Assembly: GCA_963665845.2 (NCBI GenBank) | Contig: OY762492.1 | Coordinates: 3,424,001-3,488,000 of the forward strand | Direction of reading: 5' to 3' | From: Candidatus Poribacteria bacterium | Lineage (GTDB): Bacteria > Poribacteria > WGA-4E > GCA-2687025 | DNA: 64,000 nt | Shown: piece by piece, positions 41,547 to 50,499 of the stretch | How positions within the stretch are numbered: position 1 is the stretch's first letter | Layout of the letters: every line of letters starts with the position of its first letter | Program-made: the position numbers and the translations under genes | Notes under the pieces: model-generated | The model's database searches: none | Seen by the model: only the letters and a program-made list of their open reading frames with translations | What the model was told of the DNA's origin: nothing

Positions 41547-42212
41547 ATGACGAAAATGCAGGCGGGGGCGGTCGTTTCAACGCTGGCGGTTTTTGCGGCG
41601 TTGACGGTCGTGTTCCTGTTTTTGCCGCTTGAAAAGGAGATGCTTGAGGCGCAAAAGATTTTCTATTTTCACGTCTCGTTTGCGTTCACGATGTTTCTGG
41701 CGTGCGTTGTGACGGCGGTTGCCGGCGGATATTATCTTGCGCGGGGAGGCGCGCTGGCGGACGCGGTCGCGGGGGCGTCGGCGGAAGCGGCGTTTCTGTT
41801 CGCGTCGATCGTGCTGTTGACCGGAATGTTCTGGGCGCGCAGTTCGTGGAATGCATGGTGGAGCTGGGAGCCGCGCCTGACCTCCATGCTGGCGCTGTGG
41901 GCGATCTACGCGGGTTATCTGCTGTTTCGGGCAAACGCGCGCGGGGAGACGCGCCGCCGCCTCTCGTCGGTCTACGGGATCGCCGCGTGCGTCATGGTTC
42001 CCATCGTGTACTACTCCATCAAGCTGTGGGGAAGCGTCATGCACCCGCCGCAGGGGACGATCTTCAACATGGAAGGTTCCATGCAGGTCGGCTTGCTCAT
42101 CAGTTTCGCGGCGGTTTTAACCGTGTATGCGTCGCTGATCGCGCTTCGTTCTCAAATCGAGACGGCGGAGCGGCGCTTGGAGTCTCTCTGGCAAAACGAA
42201 GGAGGGCGGTAA
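41547..42212 (+). CDS. ccmC: Heme exporter CcmC
   Basis: QKIFYFHV, TGMFWARSSWNAWWSWEPRLT (WWD), MHP. Confidence 0.92.
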   Translation: MTKMQAGAVVSTLAVFAALTVVFLFLPLEKEMLEAQKIFYFHVSFAFTMFLACVVTAVAGGYYLARGGALADAVAGASAEAAFLFASIVLLTGMFWARSSWNAWWSWEPRLTSMLALWAIYAGYLLFRANARGETRRRLSSVYGIAACVMVPIVYYSIKLWGSVMHPPQGTIFNMEGSMQVGLLISFAAVLTVYASLIALRSQIETAERRLESLWQNEGGR

Positions 42213-42213
42213 G

Positions 42214-42534
42214 ATGCGGGCGGCATGGATCGCGTTTGCGGTCAGTTTTGCGGTATGTACAGCGTTGGCGTTTATGACAACGGCGCCGGTGGGCGTCTCG
42301 GCGGAGGATGTGCGCGCCGAGGCGGAGGCTGCTCAAACGGCGGCTCCCGATCTGCTGTCGGACGAGGCAATTCAAAAGGCGGTCGACTATTTAGAGAAGA
42401 AGCAGCGCCGTCGGCTCAACTACCTTTTTTCGGCGTATCTTGTGTTGTGGGGCTTGCTGGGACTGTATCTTTACACGCTGGCGCGGAGACAGGCGCGCAT
42501 TGACGCGGAGCTGGAGCGGTTGAGCGCGTTGTGA
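42214..42534 (+). CDS. CcmD-like small membrane protein with N-terminal extension
   Basis: NYLFSAYLVLWGLLGLYLYTLARRQARIDAEL directly after ccmC. Confidence 0.65.
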   Translation: MRAAWIAFAVSFAVCTALAFMTTAPVGVSAEDVRAEAEAAQTAAPDLLSDEAIQKAVDYLEKKQRRRLNYLFSAYLVLWGLLGLYLYTLARRQARIDAELERLSAL

Positions 42535-42582
42535 GAGGAGGCGCCTGAAGACAGCGGGGAGTGAACGCCGCCGCCCGCTGTC

Positions 42583-42640
42583 CGTCATTCCCGCGCGTCC
42601 CTTCCCGTCCCGTCATTCCTGCGCAAGCGAGAATCCAGAA
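42583..42640. repeat. Degenerate ATTCCC-N8-GGGAAT copies between convergent genes
   Basis: gtcattcccgcgc... and gtcattcctgcgcaagcgagaatccag. Confidence 0.75.
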
Positions 42641-42641
42641 T

Positions 42642-43475
42642 CTACCTCATAAGATTCCCGCCCCGCGCGGAATGTCGGATCAGGGTCTCGATGAGCGCAA
42701 AGTTGCCCTGTATGAAAAGCGCATGCGCCTCTTCCAGACGCATGTATGCGATGCGCGCCTCCAGCGGTCCCGTCCGCGTGGAGAAGCCGGCGCGCGGCTC
42801 CCCGTCGCCGTATCCGACGCGCAGCTGAAGACGCCTCGCCAGGTTCCATTCCGCGCCGAAACGCCCGCCGCCGTCCCATTCAACCAACAAAAGAAAACGC
42901 CCCAGACGCAGCGACGACCCGACCGCGTAACGCTCAAACCCGCCGCCGCGCTCCGTTTGACTCCACCGCGCGCCGACCGTCCACCGCTCCGACGGCAGCA
43001 GCAAAGCCCCGACATCCAGCGCAGGCGCATGACCCAGAAACTGAAACCGGTTCGACGGATGCTTTCGCCAAAACTTTCCGCTGACGCCCGCCGACGCATG
43101 GCGCCCGATTCGCCGCGCCGCGCTCAAGTAGGTATGGTCGAAGACGCCGTCCGTTTGCCCGATGCGGTTGCCCCATGCGAGACCCCACCCGCGCCAGCGG
43201 TAGGAGGCGCCTTTCGGGTCGAAGGAGATGTCGGCGCGTCCTGTCAGGTTCGTTTGTCCAAAAAAGACGGCGCCCTGCCCAAAGCCGAGATGGGCGGGGT
43301 TGTGAAAAAAGCCGACGCCCCCGTCCAGAAGCGCCGCCCCTGCGCCTCCCATCGCGGCGGCGCGCGCGTCCACAGGACCCGGCAACGGCAGCCGTATCTC
43401 CGCATCCTCCGCCGAAGCGGACGCCGTTATGCAAGCCAAGAGCGGGACGCATAGCAGGCGGGGCAGGTTCAGCAT
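42642..43475 (-). CDS. Putative outer-membrane beta-barrel, PorV/PorQ/FadL-like
   Basis: Signal peptide then DARAAAMGGAGAAL...FFHNPAHL (FadL/PorV-type NPA motif) and alternating beta strands. Confidence 0.6.
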   Translation of the reverse strand: MLNLPRLLCVPLLACITASASAEDAEIRLPLPGPVDARAAAMGGAGAALLDGGVGFFHNPAHLGFGQGAVFFGQTNLTGRADISFDPKGASYRWRGWGLAWGNRIGQTDGVFDHTYLSAARRIGRHASAGVSGKFWRKHPSNRFQFLGHAPALDVGALLLPSERWTVGARWSQTERGGGFERYAVGSSLRLGRFLLLVEWDGGGRFGAEWNLARRLQLRVGYGDGEPRAGFSTRTGPLEARIAYMRLEEAHALFIQGNFALIETLIRHSARGGNLMR

Positions 43476-44524
43476 GCGGCGCCGCCTGTTTGGAGAAGCC
43501 GCCGGACGCCTTCCGCGGCCGTTTCGGCGTCTCTCAAGGGGGTCGTCTGCGCGGGGGGAGTCCAGTCCGCCAGCGCGTCAATGGAAACGCGCCCCATGCC
43601 TGTCTTCTCGGCGATGGCGGCGTAGGTCGGCGCGTAACGGTCTCGACGGCGGGGCGGAATGTCCACGACAACCGCCGGACGTCCGCTGGACGCCGCTTCG
43701 CACACCATCGAAAAGGAGTCGACCGTGACGGCTGTCCATGCGCTGCGGGCGAGGACGTTCAGCGCCGCCATCGGTTTCTGCTCAGGGTCGCCGGCGTAGG
43801 CGGCGTAGACGCAGAGTCCGCTTTCGTCTAAGACGCGCCGTATCGCCGCTTCCGCCTCCGGGGGCGTTCGTCTAGATGTGGCGGCGGCGATGCGCATCCC
43901 GTTTTGACGCGCCGATTGGACGACCGCTTGCGCCGTCCGTTCCGCGGCCTGCGCCGTCCATGTATATCGCTTGTCGTTCCCCCCAAAAAGCAGTCCGGCG
44001 CAGAGCGGCGCCTCAATCCGCGCGCTCATTTCGTCGACGATTTCAGGACAGACGCGGTTCGGCGCGCCCAAGGTTCGGAGGACGCGCCCGCTTCCGCGTT
44101 CATGGAACGGCAGCGCCGCGGCGTCAAACGGGCGGACGCCCAGCGGCGATGGACGCATACAGACGACGCTTTTGGCGCCCAAGAGGCGCGACGCAATCAG
44201 GTTCGGCGCCGCAACGGAGGAGCCTGTCGACAGCGCGATGTCGGCATGGGAAACAGACGCCAGCTCCGCATATGAGTCAGGCTGAAGCGCATGCCGCAGC
44301 GCCGCGGCGAGCCGTTTGAACCCGACAACGCGCCGAAGCAGAACGGCGGCGCGCAGCGCGTTGTCATGCCGTTTGGACCGCCAGCGTATGCGGACTCGCG
44401 CGGCTTCAAAGTCGGGAAGGCAGCGCAAAACGCCTTCCGTTTGGCTTTCATGCCCCGGCTTGCCGTCCATCAGGGCGAGGATGACGGGAACTCGGTTTTC
44501 CATCGCCTGTGGGTCCATAACCAT
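43469..44524 (-). CDS. ELM1-family (GT-B-like, DUF1022) protein
   Basis: DGKPGHESQTEG, LLFGG, ATSRRTP, VTVDSFSMVCEAASSGRP. Confidence 0.85.
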   Translation of the reverse strand: MVMDPQAMENRVPVILALMDGKPGHESQTEGVLRCLPDFEAARVRIRWRSKRHDNALRAAVLLRRVVGFKRLAAALRHALQPDSYAELASVSHADIALSTGSSVAAPNLIASRLLGAKSVVCMRPSPLGVRPFDAAALPFHERGSGRVLRTLGAPNRVCPEIVDEMSARIEAPLCAGLLFGGNDKRYTWTAQAAERTAQAVVQSARQNGMRIAAATSRRTPPEAEAAIRRVLDESGLCVYAAYAGDPEQKPMAALNVLARSAWTAVTVDSFSMVCEAASSGRPAVVVDIPPRRRDRYAPTYAAIAEKTGMGRVSIDALADWTPPAQTTPLRDAETAAEGVRRLLQTGGAAC

Positions 44525-45363
44525 TGCGAAGGGCGCTCTCGGATCAGCTGTTCGAGCCTTGCGTAAATGTTTTGGAGCGTCTCGCGGTCGGAGCCGCCCT
44601 GCGGTATCGGTTCAATGAAGACGGCGTGTTTTCCGCCGCCGTTTCTAAACGGGGCGCATAGCAGAAGCGGGCATCCGAGTTTGCGCGACAGCGCCGCCGG
44701 GCTGCGCTCCGCCGAGGCGTACCGTCCAAAAAAGAGCGTCGGGGTCCCGTTTGGACCGGCGTCCTGATCGGCGAGAAAGCCGACAGCGCGCCCCTCCCTC
44801 AGACCGCGAACCACTTTTTTGAGCGCGCCTTCTCTCGGCGTCAGCTCAAGCCCGGCGCTGGACCGGCAGCGGGCGGCGAGCGCCTCCAGCGACCGATGCG
44901 GCAGCGGCTGCGCAATCGCCATCGGCTTCGGCAAAAACTGCGGGCTAAGCGGCGCGAGTATCTCCCAGTTGCCCGTGTGCGGTATGAAGAGAACGACGCC
45001 GCGCCCTTTTTCCGCCGCTTTTTCCGCCTCCGTCCGTCCCACAATCTGAACGCGCCTCTGAAAACGCCGCTCCCATTGCGGAAAGAGCAGCAGCTCCACG
45101 ATGTTTTGACCCAGATGCCGAAAATGATCGCGGACGATATTTTGACGCTCCGCCGCCGTTTTTTCGGGGAACGCCGCGTCCACGTTTTGCCGCGCGACGC
45201 GCCGCCTTGAACCGAGCGCCGCATGCATCAAACCGCCGATTCGGGCGCCTAAAAAGAGCGCGGCGCCATGCGGCAATCGGCGCGCCGTGAACGCAAGCGC
45301 CAACGCGGCGAACGTCAAAACGGCGTATTGCGCGCGCTTTAGAAACGAACGTTTTTTCAACAT
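44470..45363 (-). CDS. Lipid A biosynthesis acyltransferase (LpxL/HtrB family)
   Basis: HTGNWE, FLADQD, FFG, IRERPSQWLWTHRRWK. Confidence 0.9.
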   Translation of the reverse strand: MLKKRSFLKRAQYAVLTFAALALAFTARRLPHGAALFLGARIGGLMHAALGSRRRVARQNVDAAFPEKTAAERQNIVRDHFRHLGQNIVELLLFPQWERRFQRRVQIVGRTEAEKAAEKGRGVVLFIPHTGNWEILAPLSPQFLPKPMAIAQPLPHRSLEALAARCRSSAGLELTPREGALKKVVRGLREGRAVGFLADQDAGPNGTPTLFFGRYASAERSPAALSRKLGCPLLLCAPFRNGGGKHAVFIEPIPQGGSDRETLQNIYARLEQLIRERPSQWLWTHRRWKTEFPSSSP

Positions 45364-45412
45364 CGCTTTATGTTATCATGCATGGCGGCGCGGCGGCAGC
45401 GGCTCCTGTAGG

Positions 45413-45441
45413 TTGACATCCAGGCGGAAAACGGTTAGCCT
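45413..45441 (+). promoter_or_regulatory. Putative sigma70 promoter of the DUF488 operon (would give a near-leaderless mRNA)
   Basis: TTGACA-N17-TAGCCT, 7 nt before ATG 45449. Confidence 0.5.
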
Positions 45442-45448
45442 CATTCTA

Positions 45449-46000
45449 ATGAAAAACCGCGCCCAGACCCCAATCTACACGATCGGATACGGCAGCCGCG
45501 CTCTGGATGCGTTCATAGAAACGCTGCGCAAATACGGCGCGCAGTATCTCGTTGATGTGCGTTCGGCGCCGTATTCCCGCTATAAGCCTGAATTTTCCAA
45601 ACAGCCGCTGGAGCAGGCTCTCCGCCGAGAGGGGCTGCATTATATCTATATGGGCGAGGCGCTGGGCGGCAAGCCGAGGGACAGGTCATATTATTATGCG
45701 AACGGCAAGGTGAACGATGATCTCCTGCGAAAGGCGGAGTTTTATCAAAAGGGGATCGCGCGGTTGCTGAAGGCGGCTGAACGGGGGCTGACGATAGCGG
45801 CAATGTGCAGCGAGGAGAAGCCGGAGAGGTGCCACCGCAGCGAGCTGATTGGGGCGTCGCTGAAGGAGAAGGGCGTTGATGTGCGGCATATCGACGAAAA
45901 CGACGCGCTTCTGACGCAAGATCAGGTTGAGGAGCGGTTGAACCCAGGCAGGCAGGGGTTGCTGCCTGGGATAAGCGCGGTTCGGTCGCGCAAGCGGTAA
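45449..46000 (+). CDS. DUF488 family protein
   Basis: IYTIGYG, LVDVRSAPYSR, LGGKP, MCSEEKPERCHRS. Confidence 0.88.
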   Translation: MKNRAQTPIYTIGYGSRALDAFIETLRKYGAQYLVDVRSAPYSRYKPEFSKQPLEQALRREGLHYIYMGEALGGKPRDRSYYYANGKVNDDLLRKAEFYQKGIARLLKAAERGLTIAAMCSEEKPERCHRSELIGASLKEKGVDVRHIDENDALLTQDQVEERLNPGRQGLLPGISAVRSRKR

Positions 46001-46009
46001 CGGTAAAGA

Positions 46010-46507
46010 ATGCGTATGAAGCGTCCAAAGATTGTCACCATCGGCGTTTACGGTTTTGACGAGGAAGGTTTTTTTGAGGCGCTACGCTCCGCGGGGGTGG
46101 ATGTTTTCTGCGACATTCGCTTTAGGCGCGGCATGCGCGGCGCAGCCTATGCGTTCGTCAACAGCGTTCGTCTGCGGGAGCGCCTTGACGAAATGAAAAT
46201 CCGTTATCTGCATCGAAAAGACCTTGCGCCGACGCAGGCGGTTCGAGACCGTCAAGCGGAGGAGGACCGCGCCTCTAAAACGGCGAAACGAAAGCGCGTC
46301 CGGCTGGGCGAGGCGTTTATCGAGGCGTACCGCGCTGAATGTCTTGACTCGTTTGATCCGCAAAGTTTACTGGACGATCTTGGGGAAGATGCGCAGGTCG
46401 CGGCGCTGTTTTGCGTTGAGAGGGAACCGAAGGCATGCCACCGTTCCTTGCTGGCGGAGAAGCTGAAGAATGAGCTTGGTCTTGAGGTGAAGCATCTTCT
46501 GCCATGA
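46010..46507 (+). CDS. Second DUF488 family protein (different subtype)
   Basis: IVTIGVYG, CDIRFRRG, LAPT, LFCVEREPKACHRS. Confidence 0.85.
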   Translation: MRMKRPKIVTIGVYGFDEEGFFEALRSAGVDVFCDIRFRRGMRGAAYAFVNSVRLRERLDEMKIRYLHRKDLAPTQAVRDRQAEEDRASKTAKRKRVRLGEAFIEAYRAECLDSFDPQSLLDDLGEDAQVAALFCVEREPKACHRSLLAEKLKNELGLEVKHLLP

Positions 46508-47151
46508 ATTCCGCCATGATGAACGTCAGGCTGTTGATCGCCGCCAAAACGCGAATGAGGAATGGAGTCTGCCTCGGCGCGTTGACAACAAGGGGGGAGA
46601 ATCTTCGGTTGATTCCGCCAGGCGAAATCTTCTTTCCCTTTGCGGATGCGGAACAGTTTGAGATCGGGCAGGTCTGGGAGATGACGGTTCAGCGTGTGAG
46701 GTCTGTCAAACCGCCGCATACAGAAGATGTTTTTGTTCATCAAAGAGAGCAAGATCGAACTCTGACAATGGAGGAGACGGAAACCGCAATTGAAAAGGTG
46801 GCGGAGATTGCCGCTGGGCGTTTCAGCGCGCTTTATGACAGGTTGTTGCGACGGACATCTGCGGGATCGCTTTACATATCGAGAGCGGGCGGCGTTCCGA
46901 ATTACAGCGTTGGGTTTTGGCGTCCAGACAAGCCGCTGACGCGCTTTCCGACAGGCAACGGGCAGCGTTACCGTTATCCGACATCAATGGGGCCATTGAG
47001 TTTTAAGTTTGTCGGGTTTCAAGAGCCTATCGAGACGATTCCTGCGGATACGCTGGTTCGCGTTTCGTTGGCGCGCTGGTGGAAACCTGATGATCTGGAC
47101 GTGGAGTTGCGCTGTTACGCGCAAATCTCTGGATGGTACAAAAAACCTTAG
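46504..47151 (+). CDS. Putative dual OB-fold nucleic-acid-binding protein
   Basis: AKTRMRNGVCLGA..LRL...PPHTED...LVRVSLARWW...CYAQISG resembles the dual-OB family recalled beside DUF488 genes; ATGA coupling. Confidence 0.65.
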   Translation: MNSAMMNVRLLIAAKTRMRNGVCLGALTTRGENLRLIPPGEIFFPFADAEQFEIGQVWEMTVQRVRSVKPPHTEDVFVHQREQDRTLTMEETETAIEKVAEIAAGRFSALYDRLLRRTSAGSLYISRAGGVPNYSVGFWRPDKPLTRFPTGNGQRYRYPTSMGPLSFKFVGFQEPIETIPADTLVRVSLARWWKPDDLDVELRCYAQISGWYKKP

Positions 47152-47615
47152 CAAGCTGATTGGGCGCTACTGACGAAGGCGGGCGTGGAGACGCTCTTAA
47201 GCGGTTCCGTTTCCCCCCGATGATGCGCGTTCAACGCTTCGTCCGCCATATTGCTTAGGAGCGTTTCGGATTCAGGCAGTCGGAACGCCGCGTCCCATTT
47301 TGCGTCGTCCTCCTCGTCTTCCTTTTTGATGCGCGCAAATTCAGCCCCGTATTTTCGGTGGTTCATCAGCTCAGGTTGAAGCGAAACGGCGGCGCTAAAA
47401 TCCTCTTCGTAATTGTCCATATCGCCGATTTCTTTGTAGGCTAGTCCGCGGCATATAAACGCAGGGGCGCAGTATCTGTCTTGCTCAATTAGGCTTTTGA
47501 AGCATGCGATCGCGTCCGACCATCGATTTGCCCGCATATATGCGCACCCTAAAAGAGAAAGAGTCCTTGTTTCCATACTCTGGAGTTCCTTGCGGTCGTC
47601 AACGAAAAACTGCAT
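47148..47615 (-). CDS. TPR protein with antitoxin-like C-terminal tail
   Basis: Two TPR-like helix pairs, then DDAKWDAAF...LLSNMADEALNAHHRGETEPL. Confidence 0.55.
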   Translation of the reverse strand: MQFFVDDRKELQSMETRTLSLLGCAYMRANRWSDAIACFKSLIEQDRYCAPAFICRGLAYKEIGDMDNYEEDFSAAVSLQPELMNHRKYGAEFARIKKEDEEDDAKWDAAFRLPESETLLSNMADEALNAHHRGETEPLKSVSTPAFVSSAQSAC

Positions 47616-47735
47616 TTTTCACTCCGCCTATTCAGCGCGCCGCGGCTGGGATCCCGATAAGGTTTTCATACCTGTCAACATTTCCATACTAGCCTAACAT
47701 TAAAATATTCCCGAAGGCAAGCGGGGCGCCTGACC

Positions 47736-47977
47736 GGCAGTCTCTATAGGCGATGGTCTTGATTTTAGAGAGTCGTTTTGGAATGCGGAGGCTGTCTGGG
47801 AAAACTCTGGATTCCCGCTTACGCGGGAATGACGAATAGCCCAATAACAGCGGTTGGGGCGCGGTTTCTGGACTCCCCCCTTGAAAAGGGGGGCTGGGGG
47901 GTTTTAGTTCCGTGCGCGGAATCACGATTAGCATAACTCAAACGGGATTTTCGTCGTCATCGCCTGTAGAGACTGCC
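47736..47977. mobile_element. 242-bp MITE with 20-bp terminal inverted repeats and 8-bp target-site duplication
   Basis: TIRs ggcagtctctataggcgatg / catcgcctgtagagactgcc (1 mismatch); flanked by GCCTGACC at 47728-47735 and 47978-47985; carries both hairpin motifs. Confidence 0.88.
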
Positions 47978-47979
47978 GC

Positions 47980-48202
47980 CTGACCTTACGTCTTAAGTTG
48001 GGACACGGCGGCGGGCGAACGCGGACGTCTTCTGAGGCGCCTCTAGATTCCCGCGCGTTTTACCGCAGGGGCGGGAATGCATGCCCTCGCGGGCATGTCC
48101 TCGTGAAAACGGGGAAGCGGGGGACGCTCTGGTTGGCGAAGCCTTTTCCCATAAATAGAGCGATCGTCAGTTCAAATGTCCCAACTCTCGGCATGAGGTC
48201 AG
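47980..48202. mobile_element. MITE with CTGACC...GGTCAG terminal inverted repeats
   Basis: ctgaccttacgtcttaagttgggaca / tgtcccaactctcggcatgaggtcag. Confidence 0.8.
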
Positions 48203-48279
48203 AGACGAAGAGCGTTGACGAACGCCGCTCCCGGCGTTAACCTTCATGCGTAAGAACGCTTCCTTTTCGAGAGGTAGAT

Positions 48280-50499
48280 ATGCGAAAGATTGCTGTCATT
48301 GCAATCGCGGCTGCGGTCGCGGCGTTTTTCATCTTCCGCGCATTGACGCGCCCGACGGGGCTGTCCGAGTCAGAGATCGCGCGTCAGTCGGCGGTCGGCT
48401 TGTCGACGCGCGACATAGCGCCGACCGATTACCGTTCCATGCCGCATCTTGAACAGGGGGCGAAGGGGGCGGTCGTTTCCGCCGTTCATGCGCATCATAT
48501 CGCGGAGAAGGCGGGTTTCAAAAGCGGCGATCTGATCCTCTCGGTGAACGGCGTTGAGACGAAGTCGGCGGCAGAATATGAGACGGCGCTCCAGCAGGCG
48601 CTGGCGGCGGATCGGCTAGAATACCGCATACAGCGCGCGTCCGGCGTCGAGACGATCCGTTTCTCGCTCGATTACGGCGCCTCGTTCAACTCCATCGGCG
48701 CCGCTCTCATGCGGGACGGGCAGCTGGACGAAGCGGAGGCGGCGTTTCAGCGCGCCTTGGCGATGGAGCCGAATTTCGCCGAAGCGCATTACAACTTAGG
48801 AAACCTGAACCTTAAACGCGGCGATCCGGAGACGGCCGTCTCGATGTTTCAGAAGGCGGTTGAGGCGGATCCGAATATGCGCGAGGCGCGGTATCAACTC
48901 GGCGAGGCGTATGCGCAGCTGGAGCAGTATGAACGCTCCATCGCCGCCTTCAAGCAGCTGATCGCCGTCGCGCCGCCGGAGACCGCGGAGCGGGAGCTGC
49001 GCCCTGCGCATGCGGCGCTCGCGTCGGTGGGCGACGTTCTGCGCCAAATTGAGGCGTCGGGCGAGGTGGAAGCGGGAGCGCATGCGGCGGTGTATCCGAA
49101 GGCGCAGGGCGTTATTATAGAAATGTCAGCGGAGGAGGGCGACCGCGTTCAGAAGGGGGATGTTCTCGCAGTCATTGAGCATGAGGAGCTGAAGATTGCC
49201 GCCGTTCAAGCGAAGGCGTCTTTGGAAGCGGCGTCGGCGGCGTATGTTCAAGCGCAGAAGCTGGCGAAGACGTCGGCGCTGGCGCGGTTGAAGCAGGCGG
49301 AAGCGGGCGCGGCGCTTGCGTGGGCGTCTTTGGCGCAGGTGATGGACATCAGCGAAACGCGCGCCCGCGCCCAGACGGAGCAGGCGCAGGCGGGATTGGA
49401 AGCGCTGCGGGCGAACCTAACGAAACTGAAAACGGGTTTGCGCGAGGAGGAGAAACTGCAGGCGCGGGCGGCGCGAAATCAGGCGCGCTCGGCGTTGACA
49501 AGCGCCGAAAGCGAACAGCAGCGCGTCAAGGCGCTGTTTGAAGGCGGAGCGGTGAGCTTGCAGACGTTTGACTTGTCGACGGCGCAGCTGGACGCGGCGC
49601 GGGCGCAATTTGACGCGGCGGAGCAGGGCTGGGTTCTCGCGCAGAAGGGCGCGCGGGAGGAGGACATCTCCGCGCTGGAGGCGCAGGTTGATCAGGCGGA
49701 AGCGGCGCTTCGGCTGGCGCAGGCGCAGCTGGAGACGCAGACCTGGGAGAAGGACGCCGCGATGGCGCAGGCGCAGGTTGATCAGGCAAACGCCTCGCTC
49801 TTGACCGCGCAGGCAAGCGTGGACGCCGAATCGTGGCGGGCGGAGATTGCGGCGGCGAAGGCGTCTCTGGCGCAGGCGCAGGCGGCGTCCGATTTAGCCG
49901 AAAAAAGAGTCCGCGACGCCTCCGTGCGCGCGCCCATCGGCGGCGTCGTTTCCAAACGCATGCTGGACCTGGGCGGGCGCGCCTCGCCTCAGGAGCCGCT
50001 GTTTGAAATTCATGATCAAGACGCGGTGACGGCGTCTGTGCCGATACTGGAAGCGGACATCGCCTGGGTGAAGCCTGGTTTGAAAGCGCGCGCGTATCTG
50101 TCGGCGCTGGCGGAGCCGGTGGAGGGGGTCGTCGCGTCGGTCAGCCCGTCTGTCGACCCGAAGACGCGGACAGCGGATGTGGAGATCGCGCTGGAGAACC
50201 CAGGCGGAGCGGTGAAGCCAGGGATGTTCGCGCGGGCGGCCATCGATGTTGAAACGCGCGCGGACGCGGCGCTGGTTCCGCGCGACGCGCTGGTGACGGA
50301 GAACAGCCTCTTTGTCGCGCGGAACGGGCGCGCTCATTTGACTCAAGTGGAGGTCGGCTTGACGTCCGGAAACGCGGTGGAGATCTTGTCGGGCGTTCAG
50401 CCTGGAGACGCGGTTCTGTTTATCGGGCAGAGAAGCTTGCGGGACGGCGACTTTATTCAGATTGTGCGCAGCGTGGACGATTGGCGGTCGGAACCATGA
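48280..50499 (+). CDS. RND periplasmic adaptor with N-terminal PDZ and TPR domains and a very long helical hairpin
   Basis: TM; PDZ (AEKAGFKSGDLILSVNG); 3 TPRs; EEGDRVQKGDVLA...VRAPIGGVV...PSVDPKTRT...KPGMFA. Confidence 0.88.
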   Translation: MRKIAVIAIAAAVAAFFIFRALTRPTGLSESEIARQSAVGLSTRDIAPTDYRSMPHLEQGAKGAVVSAVHAHHIAEKAGFKSGDLILSVNGVETKSAAEYETALQQALAADRLEYRIQRASGVETIRFSLDYGASFNSIGAALMRDGQLDEAEAAFQRALAMEPNFAEAHYNLGNLNLKRGDPETAVSMFQKAVEADPNMREARYQLGEAYAQLEQYERSIAAFKQLIAVAPPETAERELRPAHAALASVGDVLRQIEASGEVEAGAHAAVYPKAQGVIIEMSAEEGDRVQKGDVLAVIEHEELKIAAVQAKASLEAASAAYVQAQKLAKTSALARLKQAEAGAALAWASLAQVMDISETRARAQTEQAQAGLEALRANLTKLKTGLREEEKLQARAARNQARSALTSAESEQQRVKALFEGGAVSLQTFDLSTAQLDAARAQFDAAEQGWVLAQKGAREEDISALEAQVDQAEAALRLAQAQLETQTWEKDAAMAQAQVDQANASLLTAQASVDAESWRAEIAAAKASLAQAQAASDLAEKRVRDASVRAPIGGVVSKRMLDLGGRASPQEPLFEIHDQDAVTASVPILEADIAWVKPGLKARAYLSALAEPVEGVVASVSPSVDPKTRTADVEIALENPGGAVKPGMFARAAIDVETRADAALVPRDALVTENSLFVARNGRAHLTQVEVGLTSGNAVEILSGVQPGDAVLFIGQRSLRDGDFIQIVRSVDDWRSEP

